Source of the DNA: an uncultured delta proteobacterium | Lineage (GTDB): Bacteria > Myxococcota_A > Polyangia > Polyangiales > Polyangiaceae | Reading direction: 5' to 3' | DNA: 64,000 bases | Assembly (NCBI GenBank): GCA_963841435.1 | Contig: CAWJCS010000005.1 | Location: 1,408,001 to 1,472,000 of the forward strand | Part shown: in pieces, positions 42,348 to 52,493 of the stretch | Layout: every line of letters begins with the position of its first letter | How positions within the stretch are numbered: the first letter of the stretch is position 1 | Translations under genes and position numbers: made by a program | The notes under the pieces: model-generated | Told to the model about the DNA's origin: nothing | Database searches by the model: none | Seen by the model: the letters and a program-made list of their open reading frames with translations, nothing else

Positions 42348-43574
42348 ATGACACCACGGCATCAGGCACTCCGCGCGCTCGGTGCGACCAGCCCGGGCGC
42401 AACGCCGTTGCCTCGCGTTCTCAGGCCGCAGCGGGCCCTGCCCTCCGACGCCGTCCGGCCGACGCGAGCCGAGGTGAACCTGGCGAGCCTGCGCCACAAC
42501 CTCAGGGTCGTGCAGCGGGCCGCACGGGGCCGCCCGGTCTGGGCGGTGCTCAAGGCGGATGGCTACGGGCACGGTGCCAAGGCCGTGGCCAGGACCCTCG
42601 AGCGCGCCGGAGCGAGTGGAATGTGCGTTTCGCTGCTCGAGGAGGGGGTGGAGCTCCGCGAGGCAGGCATCAAGACGCCCATTCTGGTGACCGGCGGCCA
42701 CTATGGTCGTGCCTGGGGCGAGATCCTCCGCCACCGGCTCGTGCCCGTCCTGCACGACCCGGGTCAGGTCGAGGCACTCGCCGACGAGGTGCGCTTCGCC
42801 AGCTCCGAGCCCGTTCTCGTCCACGTGAAGATCGACACGGGCATGAGCCGGCTCGGCGTGAGCCTTGCCGACCTGCCGCGCCTCGCGCGCGCCTTCGAGA
42901 AGCATCCCGAGGTTCGCCTCGACGGGCTCATGACCCACTTTGCCTGCGCCGACTCGGGCGAGCACCCCTCGATTGACGAGCAGCTCGACCGCTTCGACGA
43001 GGCGACGGAAGCGCTGCGCGCCCACGGCCTCGTTCCCAACCTGCGCCACGCGGCGAACAGCGCCGCGCTCCTCTGCTCGGAACGCTCGCTGCTCGACATG
43101 GTCCGCCCCGGGCTCGCGCTGTTCGGCGTCGAGCCGCGCGCTGGCCTCGCAGGCGACCTTCGCCCCGTGATGCGCGTGCGCAGCGAGGTCGTCGCCCTGC
43201 GCGACCTGCCAGTTGGCGCGGGCGTCGGCTACGGTGCAACCTGGGTCACGGCGCGCCCCAGCCGCATCGCGACGGTACCGATCGGCTACGCCGACGGACT
43301 GCCGCGCGCGCTTTCCAACCAGAGCTCGCTGCTCGTGCGCGGCAAACGCGCCCCGATCGTCGGTGCCGTCAGCATGGACATGACCATGATCGACGTGACC
43401 GACCTCGAGGGCGTGCGGCCCGGCGACGAGTGCGTGGCGCTCGGCCCCCAGAAGGGTCCCCTCGGCGAGGACGTCATCAGCGCCACGGAGCTCGCCGAGG
43501 CGCTCGGCACCATCCCCTGGGAGGTGCTGACGAACGTTTCGCGGCGCGTTCCCCGGTTCTACCGCGAGCCCTGA
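42348..43574 (+). CDS. alr: Alanine racemase
   Basis: AVLKADGYGHG, KIDTGMSRLG, MTHFA, ANSAA, PIGYADG, VSMD, GTIPWE. Confidence 0.95.
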   Translation: MTPRHQALRALGATSPGATPLPRVLRPQRALPSDAVRPTRAEVNLASLRHNLRVVQRAARGRPVWAVLKADGYGHGAKAVARTLERAGASGMCVSLLEEGVELREAGIKTPILVTGGHYGRAWGEILRHRLVPVLHDPGQVEALADEVRFASSEPVLVHVKIDTGMSRLGVSLADLPRLARAFEKHPEVRLDGLMTHFACADSGEHPSIDEQLDRFDEATEALRAHGLVPNLRHAANSAALLCSERSLLDMVRPGLALFGVEPRAGLAGDLRPVMRVRSEVVALRDLPVGAGVGYGATWVTARPSRIATVPIGYADGLPRALSNQSSLLVRGKRAPIVGAVSMDMTMIDVTDLEGVRPGDECVALGPQKGPLGEDVISATELAEALGTIPWEVLTNVSRRVPRFYREP

Positions 43575-43640
43575 GGCGGCGACCCGGCCGAGCGGCGCCC
43601 GGGCCGCTGCCCGCGCGCTTGCTCAGCGTTGCTCAGCACG

Positions 43641-45836
43641 TCACTTCACCGGAGGCGGCGGAACCGGCACGGGAGGCGGCGGAGGCGGCGGAGGCGTGGC
43701 ACCCGGAGGCGGCGACCCGGCCGGCGGCGGGGGCGGAGGCGGCGGCACGGGCTGCGAGGTATCGGGCTGCACACAGGCGGAGAGGTCGAAGAACATGAAC
43801 TCGAGCGCCTTCATCTGCGGCGACATCTCGTTCGTGAGACACCCGCCGCTCGGGAAGGGCTTCCTGGGATCGGAATCGTCGCCACCCATGCCGTTGACCT
43901 TCTCCTTGAGGTGAAGGTCGGTGAGCACCGTGCGGCCGCACTGGTTCGCTTCCTCGACACCCACGGGGGTGTTGAACGTCATGTACTGAATCGACGGGTC
44001 GTCGCTCTCGTTGGGGTTGTGGGCGACGTGGATCCAGCTCTGCGTGGGCGGTGTGACGGCCGTGACCGAATGCTGGCCGCCGTGGATCTCGAGCTGCCCG
44101 CGCGTGGGTGTGGCGCCGACCGCGACGAGCCAATCCGCGAGTGCGTTGCCCTTCGGGAAGTTGGTGTCGATGAGGCCCATCGTGGGGTCGGGGAGCTTGG
44201 CGCCGACGCCGATGTAGTTGGCGGTGCTCTGGAGCGTCGCCGAGCCGCTGCGGAGCCAGTAAAAGTGCAAGTGGCTCAAGAAGAGTCGCCCACCCGCGTT
44301 CATGTACCCCTCGATGTTGCCGAGGTACGCTTCCTTCTCGTCGGGGTACTGGCCGCCCTCGCACGAGTACACCTGGATGTCGTAACCGGCCATCTTGGTC
44401 GGGCTCGACCAGAGGGTGCTCGCGTGGGGGAAAGTGCCCCCGCTGTCGAAAACGTCGGCGCCGCGCCCCTTGTCCGACGCGAGCTCACCACCCACGTACA
44501 TGTGAACCCGGCCGTTGCCCGCGTCCGTCGTGAACTCGGAGTCGTCGATGCCGATCCGACGAAGCAAGCACTCGAGCGCGTCGGAGCCGCCCGTCACCAT
44601 CGCGATGTGCGGGATGTTGCCCTCCGACTGCGTGCGCGGGAGGCGCGTGAGATCCGGATCGTCGAGGGGTGTATCGACACACGAGCGGACGTTGGGGATC
44701 GTCACCTCGCGACGCCACTTGCCGACCTGGATGACGAGCGGAACGTCGGTACCCGTGGGCACGCCCGTGAGCCGAAAGCGACCCTGCGTGTCGGTGAGCG
44801 TGACCGCGATGGGGTCGCCCGACGCCACCGCGCCGCAGCGGTCGCAAGACGCGCCCGTGGGGATCGGGTCGAGCGGAGCGTTCGGAACGTAGACGACCGC
44901 GTTGTAGACGGGGTTGACGCCCGCGGGGTCGTAAACCGTGCCACTGAGCGACGTCGTGGAGCCGCCCGTGCACTGCTCGACCTGGCACGCCAGCCCCGTG
45001 CACACGGGGCCCCCGGTGCCGGGACACACGTGCGCGATGCCGTCACCGCCACACGTGTCGCCGCTGTCGCAGTCGCCGCAGTCGAGCACGCCGCCGCAGC
45101 CGTCGCCGATGGTGCCGCAGTACTGCGCACCGCCGTCGGGACTGCAGCCGACGCGCACGCAGTCCGGCGCGCCGCCGCACACGTGCTCGACGCCGCCACC
45201 GCCGCAGGTCGCTCCGCCGGCGCAGTCACCGCAATCGAGCGAGCCACCGCAGCCGTTGCCGATGACGCCGCAGAACGTCCCGCCGGTCGTCTCGCAGGTG
45301 AGCGGAACGCAGCCGGCCGCCACGCAGACGCCGCTCGTGCAGGATTCTCCGTTCGCGCAGTCGCCGCAGTCGAGCGCGCGACCGCAGCCATCGCCGATCA
45401 TGCCGCAGTAGCTCGCTCCCTCGGCGCTGCACGTCTGAGGGGTGCAGCTCGGCCCGCCGACGCAGACGTTGTCCTCACAGGTCCAGTCGCCGGAGCACGC
45501 GCCGCAGTCGAGCGTCAGTCCGCAGCCGTCCCCAATCTCTTCGCAGTACCGACCGCCGGTCGGCGTGCACGAGACCGCCGTGCACGATCCGCCGTCCGGC
45601 ATGTCCATCGGGTCGATGGGCACCGTGCCCGCCAATCCCCCCGAGGAGCCTCCGGCACCCGACCCGCCGCCGCCCGTGGCGCCGCCTCCCGACGCTCCCG
45701 TGGCGCCCCCGGTTCCCTCGGGGGTCGCGTCCCCCAGGCTATTGGTCGAGCCAGCGCTGCAGGCAGAGGCGAGGGCGGCGCCCAACCCGAACACGACGGC
45801 AGCGAGGAGGGTCCGAAAGTAGGCGCGGCGATGCAT
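43641..45836 (-). CDS. Large myxobacterial Cys-rich repeat lipoprotein with carboxypeptidase-regulatory-like domain and Pro-rich tail
   Basis: Lipobox ASAC, Gly-rich linker, four repeats C.P/V..C...G..YC/FC..IG(D/N)GCG..LDCG.C, then LSGTVYDP, GKWRR, DALECLLRRIG. Confidence 0.8.
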   Translation of the reverse strand: MHRRAYFRTLLAAVVFGLGAALASACSAGSTNSLGDATPEGTGGATGASGGGATGGGGSGAGGSSGGLAGTVPIDPMDMPDGGSCTAVSCTPTGGRYCEEIGDGCGLTLDCGACSGDWTCEDNVCVGGPSCTPQTCSAEGASYCGMIGDGCGRALDCGDCANGESCTSGVCVAAGCVPLTCETTGGTFCGVIGNGCGGSLDCGDCAGGATCGGGGVEHVCGGAPDCVRVGCSPDGGAQYCGTIGDGCGGVLDCGDCDSGDTCGGDGIAHVCPGTGGPVCTGLACQVEQCTGGSTTSLSGTVYDPAGVNPVYNAVVYVPNAPLDPIPTGASCDRCGAVASGDPIAVTLTDTQGRFRLTGVPTGTDVPLVIQVGKWRREVTIPNVRSCVDTPLDDPDLTRLPRTQSEGNIPHIAMVTGGSDALECLLRRIGIDDSEFTTDAGNGRVHMYVGGELASDKGRGADVFDSGGTFPHASTLWSSPTKMAGYDIQVYSCEGGQYPDEKEAYLGNIEGYMNAGGRLFLSHLHFYWLRSGSATLQSTANYIGVGAKLPDPTMGLIDTNFPKGNALADWLVAVGATPTRGQLEIHGGQHSVTAVTPPTQSWIHVAHNPNESDDPSIQYMTFNTPVGVEEANQCGRTVLTDLHLKEKVNGMGGDDSDPRKPFPSGGCLTNEMSPQMKALEFMFFDLSACVQPDTSQPVPPPPPPPPAGSPPPGATPPPPPPPPVPVPPPPVK

Positions 45837-45900
45837 GTTTTTGGTGAGTGGGCGACAGGGGCTCGGTGTTCGAGGTGGGCTCCCCGCGTCTCGAGGTAAA

Positions 45901-45916
45901 TGCATCAGGCAGGCCA
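45901..45916 (-). promoter_or_regulatory. Candidate sigma54 -24/-12 promoter for the Cys-rich lipoprotein
   Basis: Minus strand TGGCCTGCCTGATGCA (GG-N10-GC), 65 nt upstream of ATG 45836. Confidence 0.45.
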
Positions 45917-46045
45917 GCCGATCACGGGATACGACTCCCGGGGGTGAGATTCAGGCTCGCGGGCCGGTTTCTCGCTTGCTTCCCAGGAAAGCCGCGCGAT
46001 AACTTCCCGCCCCCCGTTCGCCGAGGGGCGAGGAGACCAACCTGC

Positions 46046-48433
46046 ATGAAGTTCGGGCATTTCGACGACGAGGCGCGCGAGTACGTGGTGACGCGCCCCG
46101 ACACCCCCCGCCCCTGGAGCAACTACCTCGGCACCACCGAATATGGCGCGATCATCACCAATCACGCCGGCGGCTTCAGCTTTTATAGGAGCGCCGCAAA
46201 GCACCGTTTCTTGCGCCTGCGTGGCAATTCTGTCCCGCTCGACCAACCGGGCCGGTATTTCTACCTACGCGACCGCACGAACGGCGACTACTGGAGCGCG
46301 AGCTGGCAGCCCGTCGGAAAACCGCTCGACCGCTACGAATCGGTCTGCCGTCACGGCACCGCCTACACCGTCATCACGTCGAAGTACGACGGCATCGAGA
46401 CCGAGGCGACCTACTTCGTCCCGCTCGATCAGCTCTTCGAGTATTGGCGTCTGCGCGTCACCAATCGCACGGACAAGAAGCGCTCGATCTCCGTCTACAC
46501 GTTCTGCGAGTTCACGAGCGTCGGCCACCTCTACAACGACCTCGTCAACCTGCAGTATTCCTGCTTCGCCAACAAGGCGGACTGGGTCAACGACATGCTC
46601 GCGGTCGCGTCGCATCCCTACGAGCCATTCGACCCCAAAAAGCTCGACGAGCTCGGCCGTTACTGGATGAAGGTCGTCGGCGCGCCCATCGCCGGGTTCG
46701 AGACGCTGCGCGAAAACTTCATCGGCAACTACGGCAGCTACAAGGAGCCCGAGGCGCTCGTCACCGGCAAGCTCTCCGGCTTCCAGACGGAGGGTGAGAA
46801 CGTCGTCGGGGTGCAGCAGCTGGACCTCGAGCTTGCGCCCGGCGAGACGCGCGAGCTCATCGTGCTGCTCGGCCTCGGCACACCCGCTTCGCACGGCAAG
46901 CGCACCATCGCCGAGTTCGGCACGCCCGAGCGCTGCGAGAAGGAGCTGACGGCACTCAAGCGCCACTGGCACTCCATGCTCGGCGGCGTTCGCGTCAAGA
47001 CGCCGGACCCCGAATTCGACAGCATGGTCAACGTCTGGAACGCGTACAACGCGCTCGTCACGTACGCCTGGTCGCGCGCCGCCTCGCTCATCTACAACGG
47101 CGAGCGCGACGGGCTCGGCTACCGCGACACCGTACAGGACTTCCTCGGCGTCACGCCGCTCCTCAAGGACAAGATGCGCGAGCGCCTCGAGCTGATGCTC
47201 ACGGGGCAGGTCGAGTGCGGCGGCGCCATGCCGCTCGTGCGGCCTTTCACGCACCGGCCGGGCCACGAGAAGGCGCCTCCGAAAGAGGACTTCCGCAGCG
47301 ACGACGCGCTCTGGCTCTTCAACGCCGTCCCGGCGTGGATCGCCGAGACGGGCGACGAGAGCTTCTATCGCAAGGTGCTGCCCTACGCCGACCACGGCGA
47401 GGCCACGGTGCTCGGACACCTGCGCCGCGCGCTCGAGTTCAACCTAGAGCGCAGCGGCAGAAACGGCCTGCCGTGCGGGCTCTCCGCGGACTGGAACGAC
47501 TGCTGCAACCTCGGCTACACGGGCGAGAGCGTGATGGTGGCGTTCCAGGTGCGCTACGGGCTCGGCGTGTATGCCGAGATCGCCGAGCGCCTGGGCGAGA
47601 AGGCCGAGGCGAGGTGGGCGCTCGAGCAGCGTGACGCGCTCGACACTTCCATCCAGAAGATCTGCTGGGACGGCGAGTGGTTCATCTGGGCCACGGGCCA
47701 CGACGGCACGATCTTCGGCACGAAAAAGATGGAAGAAGGCAAGGTGTACATCAACACCCAGGCCTGGGCCGTGATCAGCGGCGCCGCGACGCCCGAGCAA
47801 GCGCGCCTCGCGATGAAGTCGATGAAGGACTACCTCGCGACGCCTTACGGGCTGATGCTGAGCGCGCCGCCCTTCGAGAAGACGCCGAAGTCCGTGATGG
47901 GTGGCGTCGTCTACAACAAGGGCATCAAGGAAAACGCGGGCATCTTCAACCACCCACAGGGCTGGGCCGTCATGGCCGAATGCCTGCTCGGCAACGGCGA
48001 CCAAGCCTACGAGTACTACCGGGCGTACATGCCGTCCGCGTACAACGAGCGCGCCGAGATCCGCCAGATCGAGCCCTACGTGCACAGCCAGACGACGTAC
48101 GCGACGGTCAACCGCAACGCCGGAAAATCCAGGGTACCTTGGCTCACCGGCACCGTGTCGTGGAGCTACTTCGTGGCTCTGCAGAGCGTGCTCGGCATCC
48201 GTCCCGAGCTCGACGGCCTGCGCATCGACCCGTGCATCCCCTCGACGTGGCCCGGTTACGAGATGGAGCGCGAGTTCCGAGGCAAGACGCTCAAGATCGT
48301 GGTCAAGAACCCCGGCAAGAAATGCAGGGGCGTGACCGAGCTCTCGCTCGGCGGAAAGAAGATTGCCGGAAACCTGCTCCCGGTCGCCGAGCTTCGTGAC
48401 GGTCTCGTGGTCGAGGCAACGCTTTCCGGCTGA
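46046..48433 (+). CDS. GH94 glycoside phosphorylase (chitobiose/cellodextrin phosphorylase-like)
   Basis: FDDEAREYVVT.P.TP.PWSNYLG, GLGYRDTVQD, ADWNDC, KENAGIFNH, WLTGT. Confidence 0.92.
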   Translation: MKFGHFDDEAREYVVTRPDTPRPWSNYLGTTEYGAIITNHAGGFSFYRSAAKHRFLRLRGNSVPLDQPGRYFYLRDRTNGDYWSASWQPVGKPLDRYESVCRHGTAYTVITSKYDGIETEATYFVPLDQLFEYWRLRVTNRTDKKRSISVYTFCEFTSVGHLYNDLVNLQYSCFANKADWVNDMLAVASHPYEPFDPKKLDELGRYWMKVVGAPIAGFETLRENFIGNYGSYKEPEALVTGKLSGFQTEGENVVGVQQLDLELAPGETRELIVLLGLGTPASHGKRTIAEFGTPERCEKELTALKRHWHSMLGGVRVKTPDPEFDSMVNVWNAYNALVTYAWSRAASLIYNGERDGLGYRDTVQDFLGVTPLLKDKMRERLELMLTGQVECGGAMPLVRPFTHRPGHEKAPPKEDFRSDDALWLFNAVPAWIAETGDESFYRKVLPYADHGEATVLGHLRRALEFNLERSGRNGLPCGLSADWNDCCNLGYTGESVMVAFQVRYGLGVYAEIAERLGEKAEARWALEQRDALDTSIQKICWDGEWFIWATGHDGTIFGTKKMEEGKVYINTQAWAVISGAATPEQARLAMKSMKDYLATPYGLMLSAPPFEKTPKSVMGGVVYNKGIKENAGIFNHPQGWAVMAECLLGNGDQAYEYYRAYMPSAYNERAEIRQIEPYVHSQTTYATVNRNAGKSRVPWLTGTVSWSYFVALQSVLGIRPELDGLRIDPCIPSTWPGYEMEREFRGKTLKIVVKNPGKKCRGVTELSLGGKKIAGNLLPVAELRDGLVVEATLSG

Positions 48434-48929
48434 GCCAAGCGCTGGAGGGTACGTCACCGCGTTCTTTCAACGGCTCGGAGAGCCCAGCGACGACGCCGGC
48501 GCGCTGGCGTCGGAGACGCTCCGCACGCTCGTACGACAACGCGCCTTTTTCCCGCGTGGGGCGAGCGCGCTTCACTTCGCGTACGCCATCGCCGTACGAC
48601 AACACGCCGACCGGGCGAGCACCCGTCCCCACACCAGCGCTCGCAAGCTGCCCGAGGCCACGGTGGCGCGTCCGCTCGGTGGTCGTGCAGGCGCCGTGGC
48701 CGCGGGGCTGGGTGCCCTCGAACCCGCCGAACGACTCGCATTCGTTCTCGTCCGCTACGAGCGGCTGAGCTTCGCCGACACGGCCGAGGTGCTCGGCGCG
48801 TCGGAGCGGCAGGTGCGGGCACGCGCCGATCGCGCGCTCGTCGCGCTCCGGTCCGCGCTCGGTGTGAGCGCGGGAGTGTTGAGCGCGTCGCCCTCCCCGC
48901 TCGTGGCGCCGGAGGCGACCCAAGCTTGA
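48363..48929 (+). CDS. Protein with a sigma70 region 4-type HTH only; start uncertain
   Basis: LEPAERLAFVLVRYERLSFADTAEVLGASERQVRARADRAL; no convincing region 2; the TTG start overlaps the GH94 3' end. Confidence 0.45.
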   Translation: MPETCSRSPSFVTVSWSRQRFPAEPSAGGYVTAFFQRLGEPSDDAGALASETLRTLVRQRAFFPRGASALHFAYAIAVRQHADRASTRPHTSARKLPEATVARPLGGRAGAVAAGLGALEPAERLAFVLVRYERLSFADTAEVLGASERQVRARADRALVALRSALGVSAGVLSASPSPLVAPEATQA

Positions 48930-48945
48930 CCGAGCACGCCGGTCC

Positions 48946-49284
48946 CTAGCGCAGCGCGCCGAGCGCCTCGAGGTGCGCGGCGCAAATGAAGTCGTTCTCG
49001 CTAACTCCGCCGACCGTGTGAGTCCAGTAGACGACCCGGCAGCGCTTGTAAGAAACCTCGAGATCCGGATGGTGATCCTCGCGGTGCGCCACCCACGCGA
49101 GAGCGTTCACGAACGCCATCGTCTCGTGGAAATTCTCGAACCCGTACGTTTTGGCAATGCGCTTGCCGTCGGGCTCGAGCGCCCAACCGGGGACCTCCGG
49201 CAAGAGCGCCGCTATCTCGGAGGCGGACAGCGCGGGCGTGCCCGCCGGCAGGTCACGACAATGGCGATCGACCAAACGCGACAT
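48946..49284 (-). CDS. Pterin-4-alpha-carbinolamine dehydratase
   Basis: EDHHPD, WTHTVGGVSENDFICAA. Confidence 0.92.
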   Translation of the reverse strand: MSRLVDRHCRDLPAGTPALSASEIAALLPEVPGWALEPDGKRIAKTYGFENFHETMAFVNALAWVAHREDHHPDLEVSYKRCRVVYWTHTVGGVSENDFICAAHLEALGALR

Positions 49285-49328
49285 GCGGGCGACTTTACGC
49301 GCGAGCGCCGCGGACGCAAGGTCCGAGC

Positions 49329-50045
49329 TCAGCTTTCGGGCTCGAGCAGCAGGCGAGCTTCGTTCACGGCCGCGGCCACGGGCGCCAACCGTTCGTCGCC
49401 GCGCACGAGGGCGAGCAGCCCGCGCATCGCCGTGAGGTAACCCTCGCGCTCGAGCTCCCCACGCAGCAGCTGGACGCGCAGGAACACGCCGGCAGTCTGG
49501 ACGACATCGCACAAGCAATAGTTGCGAACCTCTTGCACGCGCCCCGCGTGGACGAGCGGCCCCACGTCCTTGCCCTCGACTCCCACCTTGCCGGGCATGC
49601 CGCACAGCTTGGCGATCACGTCGAGGCGCGACGACTTCGCCGCGCCGAAGTCCGCCACGTAGTCCATCAGGTCGAGGTGACCGTCGGCGGAGAACCGGTA
49701 GCGGACGTCGCGAGATCGATAGTAGTGGCGGAGTGCGATGCCGTACCGCAGGCACCGCGTGGCGATCACCGGCATGTCGAAGGACCGCCCATTGAACGTC
49801 ACGAGGCACGGCCGGCGCTCCTCGAGCAGCTTCGCGAAGTCGTTGAGCATGCCCGCCTCGTCCTTGCCCTCGCTGACGACCCCGAGCCGCTTCACCTCGT
49901 AGGCGGAGTCGAGCATCAACGCGCCGATGACGACGACGCGGTGATGAGGGGGCGCCGGAAGGCGCTCCGTATCGGCGGCCTGCACAATCGGCAGCTCTGC
50001 GTCGAGCACGGTTTCGATGTCGAGGACCAGATACGAGGTGGACAA
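49329..50045 (-). CDS. Stand-alone PolB-related 3'-5' exonuclease (DEDD)
   Basis: LDIET, TFNGRSFDMP, H.DLMD, PGK, YCLCDV. Confidence 0.85.
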   Translation of the reverse strand: MSTSYLVLDIETVLDAELPIVQAADTERLPAPPHHRVVVIGALMLDSAYEVKRLGVVSEGKDEAGMLNDFAKLLEERRPCLVTFNGRSFDMPVIATRCLRYGIALRHYYRSRDVRYRFSADGHLDLMDYVADFGAAKSSRLDVIAKLCGMPGKVGVEGKDVGPLVHAGRVQEVRNYCLCDVVQTAGVFLRVQLLRGELEREGYLTAMRGLLALVRGDERLAPVAAAVNEARLLLEPES

Positions 50046-50273
50046 CGCTCTTCCCGTTAGCAGGTTCCCGCGGCGGAAGCGCTCGGTTGCGCCGGGGCCG
50101 AGAACGCCAGGCCGTCGTCTAACCCCCGGTAATTGCCGCGATATTTTGCAGGAAACGAGCGCAGTGGGCGCCCCGCGTGGTAATTGCCGAAGCTAGACGC
50201 GCACGGCTCGCGGACGGCAGCCCATGGGTGGGTGGCCGCGCAGCGAATCGAGCGTCGCAAGCTTTTTTCCACA

Positions 50274-52493
50274 ATGGCTCGAAACACACTCGTCATCAAT
50301 TGCGACATCCGGGAAACCCGGGTCGCGCTCATCGAAAACGGCATCATCGCGGAGCTCCAGATCGAGCGCGCCTCGTCGGCGGGCACGGTGGGCAACATCG
50401 TGCTCGGGCGCGTCACGCGCGTGCTCCCCGGGATGCAAGCAGCCTTCATCGACGTAGGCCTGGACCGGGCCGCGTTCCTTCACGTGGAGGACCTGATCCG
50501 CCCGGACGACTTCGAGGCGTACCTCTCGGGCGCTCGGAGGAACGAGACGGACGAACAGTACCAGAAGGGAGAGGGAGGCAAGCGGCACGGCGCCCAGACC
50601 AAGGCCGTCGGGGAAGTCGGGGAAGTCGGGGAAGTCGGGGAAGCGAGGGGAGCCGACGACGACGACGAGCCGGTGCTCGGCGTGGCCGCGGTCGTTGCGG
50701 CCGCGCTCGACGACGAGGGCGTCGAGGATGACGAGGACGACGAGGACGACGAGGACGACGAGGACGACGAGAGCGATCCTCAGGCGACCGGCGCAGCGGT
50801 CAACAGTGACCCCGCGGCGACCGGCAACGGGGACGAGGACGAGGACGACGAGGACGACGAGGACGACGAGGACGACGAGGACGACGAGGACGACGAGGAC
50901 GACGAGGACGACGAGAGCGATCCTGCGGTGAGCGGCGCGGCGGTCGACGGCGACGCTGCGGCGGCCGTCGAAGCGGTCGACGGCGACCCCAGCTCCGCGA
51001 CCGGCGAGGTCCCGGACGAAGACGACGAAGACGACGAGCCCGATTCCGAAAGCGACCCGGGCGCAGCCTCACCTGCCGGCGGCCCCATCGAGGAAGAGGA
51101 GGAGGAGGAGGAGGCTGGCGGTGGCTCGGGGCGAAAACGACGACGACGGCGCCGCGGCCGCGAGGGTCGCGGCAACGAGCGAAGCGCGGGCACCGCGCCG
51201 GCGGAGCGGGGACGCGGCGAGCGCCCTGCTCGCGATCGCGATCGTACCCGCCGCGCTGGCCGGCCGACGTCGCGCGTCTCGCGCTCCGTGCCCATCACCG
51301 AGGTCGTCAAGGAGGGCGACGAAGTGATCGTGCAGATCTCCAAGGAGCCCATCGGCACCAAGGGCGCCCGCGTGACGAGTCACGTCTCGCTGCCCGGCCG
51401 CTATGCGGTTTACCTACCGACCGTCGACCACGTCGGTATCTCGAAGCGAATCGGCTCCTCCCGCGAGCGGGCACGCCTGCGCGAGGTGGTCGAAGGGCTG
51501 CGCCCGCCCTCGGGAGGCTTGATCGTGCGCACCGTCGCGGAGGGCCTCACCAAGAAGAGCCTCAAGGCCGACATCGGGTATCTCGTCAAGCTTTGGGAGG
51601 ACGTTTCCAAAAAGCGAGAGAACGCCAAGCCACCCTGCGTGCTGTACACCGAGCTCGATCTCGTACTGAAGACGGCCAGGGATCTGTTCACCGACGAGAT
51701 CGAGAGCATCGTGATCGACGACAGGGAGCAACACGCGAGGCTGCTCCGATTCGTCGAGATGTTCATGCCGGCGCGCGCCAAAGACGTGCAGCTCTACGCG
51801 AGCGACGAGCCGATTTTCGACGCCTACGGCATCGAGGACGAGATCTCCCGAGCGCTCGGACGCAAGGTGCAGCTGCCGAGCGGCGGGCATCTGATCCTCG
51901 ACCAAGCGGAAGCGCTCACGGCCATCGACGTGAACACGGGTCGCTACGTGGGCAAGGGCAGCCGCGACCTCGAGGAAACCGCGCTCAAGACCAATCTCGA
52001 AGCCGTCGATGAGATTGCGTACCAGCTCAGGTTTCGCAACATCGGCGGCCTCGTGATCCTCGATCTCATCGACATGGACGCGCCCCAGAACCGCGAGAAG
52101 GTCTGGCGCGCCCTCGAGCAACGCCTCGAGCGCGACAAGGCGAAGACGACCATCAATCGCATCAGCGAGCTTGGGCTCATCGAGATGACGCGCAAGCGCA
52201 CCCGCGAGAGCCTCGGACGCACGATGCACGAGACGTGCTTCTACTGCGACGGCACGGGCCAGGTGCAGTCCAAGACGACCATCGCCTACGAGATCCTGCG
52301 GCAGATCCGCCGCGAGCGACAAAACCTGCCGGGCTACTCGGTGCTCGTGAACGCGCACCCTGCCGTCGTCGATCTCATGCAGGGCGAGGAGCGCGCGGCC
52401 GTGCAGGAGGCCGAACGCCGATACATGCGACGCATCGAATTCAACCCGCGCACCGAGTATCACATCGAGCAATTCGACCTACATGGGAAGTGA
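50274..52493 (+). CDS. Ribonuclease E/G family with a large low-complexity insertion in the S1 domain
   Basis: ETRVAL, VLPGMQAAFIDVG, QISKEPIGTKGAR, LTAIDVNTG, IGGLVILDLIDM, IEMTRKR, CFYCDGTG. Confidence 0.93.
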   Translation: MARNTLVINCDIRETRVALIENGIIAELQIERASSAGTVGNIVLGRVTRVLPGMQAAFIDVGLDRAAFLHVEDLIRPDDFEAYLSGARRNETDEQYQKGEGGKRHGAQTKAVGEVGEVGEVGEARGADDDDEPVLGVAAVVAAALDDEGVEDDEDDEDDEDDEDDESDPQATGAAVNSDPAATGNGDEDEDDEDDEDDEDDEDDEDDEDDEDDESDPAVSGAAVDGDAAAAVEAVDGDPSSATGEVPDEDDEDDEPDSESDPGAASPAGGPIEEEEEEEEAGGGSGRKRRRRRRGREGRGNERSAGTAPAERGRGERPARDRDRTRRAGRPTSRVSRSVPITEVVKEGDEVIVQISKEPIGTKGARVTSHVSLPGRYAVYLPTVDHVGISKRIGSSRERARLREVVEGLRPPSGGLIVRTVAEGLTKKSLKADIGYLVKLWEDVSKKRENAKPPCVLYTELDLVLKTARDLFTDEIESIVIDDREQHARLLRFVEMFMPARAKDVQLYASDEPIFDAYGIEDEISRALGRKVQLPSGGHLILDQAEALTAIDVNTGRYVGKGSRDLEETALKTNLEAVDEIAYQLRFRNIGGLVILDLIDMDAPQNREKVWRALEQRLERDKAKTTINRISELGLIEMTRKRTRESLGRTMHETCFYCDGTGQVQSKTTIAYEILRQIRRERQNLPGYSVLVNAHPAVVDLMQGEERAAVQEAERRYMRRIEFNPRTEYHIEQFDLHGK
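50607..50642 (+). repeat. Tandem repeat (GTCGGGGAA)x4, coding VGE
   Basis: Read directly from the sequence. Confidence 0.9.
50724..50912 (+). repeat. Two tandem arrays of GAGGACGAC (EDD): 5 copies at 50724-50768 (first has one mismatch) and 8 copies at 50841-50912
   Basis: Read directly; both arrays are followed by GAGAGCGATCCT. Confidence 0.9.
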
